A DNA stretch of 64,000 nt from Hormiphora californensis (Eukaryota; Animalia; Ctenophora): positions 5,146,001-5,210,000 of the forward strand of contig CM035352.1 of the NCBI GenBank assembly GCA_020137815.1, in the 5' to 3' direction. Both the position numbers and the translations under genes were made by a program. Below are positions 59,979 through 64,000 of the stretch, piece by piece. Position 1 is the first letter of the stretch, and each line of letters begins with the position of its first letter. Under the pieces are notes generated by a model. That model saw nothing but the letters and a program-made list of their open reading frames with translations. It searched no databases and was not told the origin of the DNA.

Positions 59979-62900
59979 TCACATGGGCGCCATGTGAATC
60001 TGACTGATGGCTGCCTGACCGTAGTCCACCTGAAGTCCGGGCTGCTGGTACTGACTGCTATAGTCCACGGCCTGGACCCCACTCGGCACCCTACTCCCCG
60101 GCCCGCCTCCTCCACTTGGCCCCCTACTCCCTGGGCCCCTGGCTGTATTGTGTGAGCCCGGTGGACCGAGCCTCCCCTCCTCCGAGGGATTAGCTGTTGT
60201 CTGTTGTCGGAAATGGATAACCACATTTGATTTGATCTTGTTGACTTCTGATTTGAAGGTGTTTCCACTTGAAAGTTGGATGAGAGGGTTAGCGAAACTG
60301 TTGAGGTACGCACAGAAGTTATACGCTGCATAGAAATAGGTCTGCTCTATTTGTCCCTGTAGGAGAGTGTGGGTGTTACAAACCAATGGAAGGGGGCCAA
60401 AATAAGTCAAACCCGCACTGTAATATTAAAATACTAAAAGGCGATCTGGAATGTTTGGCCCTGTCTTTATTTGATCTGGTTTTATTTGCTTTGAATTTCA
60501 TTTGCTTTGGTCTGAAAAACACATTTTATTTTAAACATGGTCCTAATTACCAATGTAGAGATCAGAGAGTTGATGTTGCTATCTTGTTTTACATTGACCA
60601 GAATATTTTTGAAGTTGTGGAATATGATAAGGGAATAACACAGGAAGTACCAAGCTGCCATAACCATTAGCGATACCACCTGAAATTATTTGTTAGGATT
60701 TCTATCATTGTTTTCTAGCCATCCTTCTCAAATATTCATATCATTTTATTTTTGTCCTGTTGGATATATTATGTTGATATGATGCCAAAACTATATAATG
60801 CTCTCGTTTTCTGTCACGACTCACCACTTGTTTACTAAGGGCTTGTGACTCCGCTGGCTCATCTTTCTTTCTCGTCCAAGACTTCTAAACAGAGGGAAAA
60901 CAGAGGTTTTGTTAGGGCTAAAAGAGTGCTGTCACACTATCATTAGCCTAGTTTTGTTATGCCTAATACCCCTCCTCCTCCCACCTGGGTTTATCACAAT
61001 ACCCTAGGTTAGGCATATATTCCTCTAGCACTGAGTTATACATACAGACACACCATGAAGCGTTACATCCCAACCATGGAAGGCAGACTATAAATTTCAT
61101 GATTCAATAAGTTGAGTTTCATGAGTATTACTCATTCCAATCCTTCGTGACTAATGTAAAAATTGGAGAATTTCTCCAGGAGACTGGAGAATATCCGATG
61201 AATTAAAGATTGAACTCCAATATCTAATTTATCAGATTTTCTCGATTAAATTCCGATTCTTTTTCCTTCAGTCATCGTCATATAAGCACGTTTCATAATC
61301 TGTCTAGCACTCCAACTAATCTCTCACTCCGAATATTATAATATCTAGATTTATCTCGCGGACGATATTAATCTAGAGAACCTAGCACAATTTTCTGATC
61401 CTAGGTTATCGGTAGAACTGCAATTTCAAGATCATGGAGGCTGCGGTTTAATCGCGGGATTATTTTTATATTTGGATGGAAGACACTATACAGACAATGC
61501 TTTAATTGCTAAGGTGTGGGACTGCAGCAGGGAGATATATCTAGTGTGAACATGTGAACTCCACCCCCACAGATATAATTGTAGTTCACAAGTTCCAATA
61601 TCATCATTCGTTAAACGTACGAGAACAAAGCCACTTTATCCCCCCATATATCTTCAAGACGAGCCGTTTTAAATTTCTATACAGTCACCCTTTAAGGGTA
61701 TAGGCTAGAAGTCGCCCCTGTGAAGCCGTTATGTCCGGCAAACTATGATAAAAAAAGCCAGGTGTACCATTAAAGAAAGGTGGTTTGATTCATTCAAGGA
61801 TAGGAGATAGTCGATATGTTTGAAGATACCTGGTATCGAAGGAAGAGGTATCTGGCGATGGTGATGTTAGTGGCTACTATCACCACTAGTGAACACAACA
61901 TTGGTACAGGACCCAGAACTAGGGTGTACACCAGAGACTGGGTGTGGTCTAGTTCATCATACACAAAGTCACATATACTCCACCTGGAAATATTAGGATC
62001 AGGGACGTTAGAATACCTATAATACCGGTAACATGTAGCGAATTAAGGTGCAAGTCAGGAAAATTAGGACATCGAAATATACCTCCGGTAGTGCTCAATT
62101 TGTAAACGTATTATACGGTTTCTTACCATTCGAAATAAAAGTAGTTGATGGATCGAAAGAAAAAGGGGAAGCTAGCGAAGACACCACCGTACAGGAAAAC
62201 CAGGGAACAGATTAATATGGCCTGAAAAACAAATGGGTCGTTGAAGTTGTAAATGGTAATGAGTCGGTGAAGACAAAATCTTCGAAATGATGTTTTATCA
62301 ACAAACCCCTGATCGAGATCAACTTACGAATGGTTTGGTGGTAACAAAAGAGCTGTCATGTGGATTGTACACTGCCCTAATCCGGAATATCCCGGAGAGG
62401 CTAAGGAGCATGGGAGTTGTGACCATATTCCAGTTCCACAGCCAACCCGCCACAAAACACAAGGGCGTGTCAAAGGATTTAGGCCTTCCTGGAGGTGATG
62501 GTATTTGGGTTACGAAATAGGAATATATTGAGCGGTAATTGATTGGGTTACGCAATAAAGTAATATGGTATAATTGCCATTGGTTTCAGAATGTGATTGT
62601 TCAATCCGAGTTCCTGTCATTATATTAAACGTGTCGAGACAGCTCAACTTGACATAACTGCACTAGCATTGTGAGGTAAAAAGCTATAGTGGTAATAGTG
62701 ACACTAAAACGGAGGGTCACATGTTCATTTAAATTGTGACAGGTTTCAGAATTTCCCCGCAATTACCTGTGACAAGAAATACCCCGGAGTAAACGGCCAC
62801 CATGGAAGTGATGAGGTCGGTGAGGGTTTCAAATATTGCAATAACGTAGTATGGTTTAGTACGTCCTAGCCGGAGAAACACCACCAGAGCTATCATGTTG

Positions 62901-63316
62901 AAGGAAAATCCGAGGATCCCCACAATCAAATGCAACTGAAATGAAGTGTGGTTCAAAGTACAAAGTACAAAAATGCAATCCTAACTCGAGCATGGTTCAA
63001 AGTCGAAATGGATTTCACCTCCCTTGGTCTTCCCCAGTAAAAACATGCTTTTACTCGACAACTAAAACATTCAAGTACTTACCACTCCCCAGACCATGTC
63101 CACGACACCAACACACATGTCCATGGAGACCATCGTGTAACATAACGTAGCGTTGGCTGCGTTGTCACAGTAATGAGCAGTACACTCCGAGTAGGCGTAT
63201 CCGTTGGTCTCCAAACTGGCCATCGCGTGACTCTCCTGTATGTTCATGTGCTGTGATATGTTGGCCCAACAGGATTCGATTGTGGCAAATGAGCCTTGAT
63301 CACATACTGGAGTCAT
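59979..63316 (-). CDS. Orphan class A GPCR C, tandem paralog of GPCR B
   Basis: Same exon layout as GPCR B (63316-63083, 62936-62767, about 62657-62327, 62222-62127, 61983-61830, about 60888-60826, 60679-about 60550, 60357-59979). FETLTDL, WNWNMVTTP, FRIRAVYNP, AYLNSFANPLI. Confidence 0.8.
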
Positions 63317-64000
63317 CTGAATGGGACCTGGGTAAAATAATAATGGGTTTACAATAGCTGCTCTGACTATCAATAAATGTCAAAACAACTGTCAATAAAT
63401 GCCAAAAAAACAAGAAACAACACTTTTCTGTTGTGCTTTTGAATATACTAATCCCATGAAACCTAGTTTACAAATATTCAGAGGGATATAAAAAGACATG
63501 GGTTGCAGCTTGCTCGACCCTGTTTCACCGCGTCCCGCACGTCGAAACAAATGTAGAAGAGGGTTATAACAAGATATGGGTTGGTGCAGGACTTCAGAGA
63601 ATCTTGCACACACGGGTGCAAGGGTCTGCGTGGAGGTCTCAACTCCGACATAGTTATTAGTCAACAACAACAACAATTTAATATGGCGCACAGAAGAAAA
63701 AGAAGAAGAAAGAAACAGATGGTGGCCATTGGCTCATATATATATATTCAGTGTGTCCCACTCGAAGTCAAACTTGTTGAGTAAGGGGGTGGAGTTATAG
63801 GGGGATGGTCAAACAAGGATCAACAATTGATGGAAAGCTCTGTGTGTGTGCATTGGGCTTGGTGTCAACTATTCTATTAGATTGAATTAGTTATGGCATC
63901 AGCTCATCCAGAGCTCGAGAGGGAACTAAAATAGTTTACACACTGTAACCCTGGGCCGAACGACTAGCTATAAAGCAATTACATCAAATCAAGATCTTCA

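Noticed and set aside
47278-63316. Opsins
   Set aside because: The TM7 position equivalent to the retinal-binding Lys is Leu or Tyr in all three GPCRs.

Overview
Eukaryotic (animal) genomic DNA with compact GT-AG genes, many MITEs and frequent single-base indels that look like long-read consensus noise. A pleurobrachiid ctenophore is my best guess from gene style and repeat families; this is inference and was not searched. Gene order from manual exon stitching: ATM 5' part (minus, runs off the left edge); six co-directional plus-strand genes (two SLC46-like MFS paralogs, intronless LZTR1, three different J-domain/TM proteins); SYAP1 (minus); CDC45 then MAD2 (plus, 227 bp apart), with an intronless TRPA-like channel gene nested antisense in MAD2 intron 3; three orphan class-A GPCRs. 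Nearly every start codon has a pyrimidine tract plus AG just upstream, suggesting spliced-leader trans-splicing and operon-like transcription. Most unusual mobile DNA: (i) a TSD-flanked, end-inverted 322-bp tandem array carrying a tRNA-like module, inserted exactly on an ATM splice donor; (ii) a minimal type I hammerhead ribozyme inside a Penelope-like inversion; (iii) a 1.76-kb RT-less LINE derivative in which an ORF2 C-terminal ORF precedes ORF1; (iv) a foldback minisatellite palindrome plus LINE fragment flanked by a 47-bp direct repeat; (v) a 1.47-kb near-perfect Chapaev-like palindrome. Exon coordinates were read by eye and may be off by a few bases.
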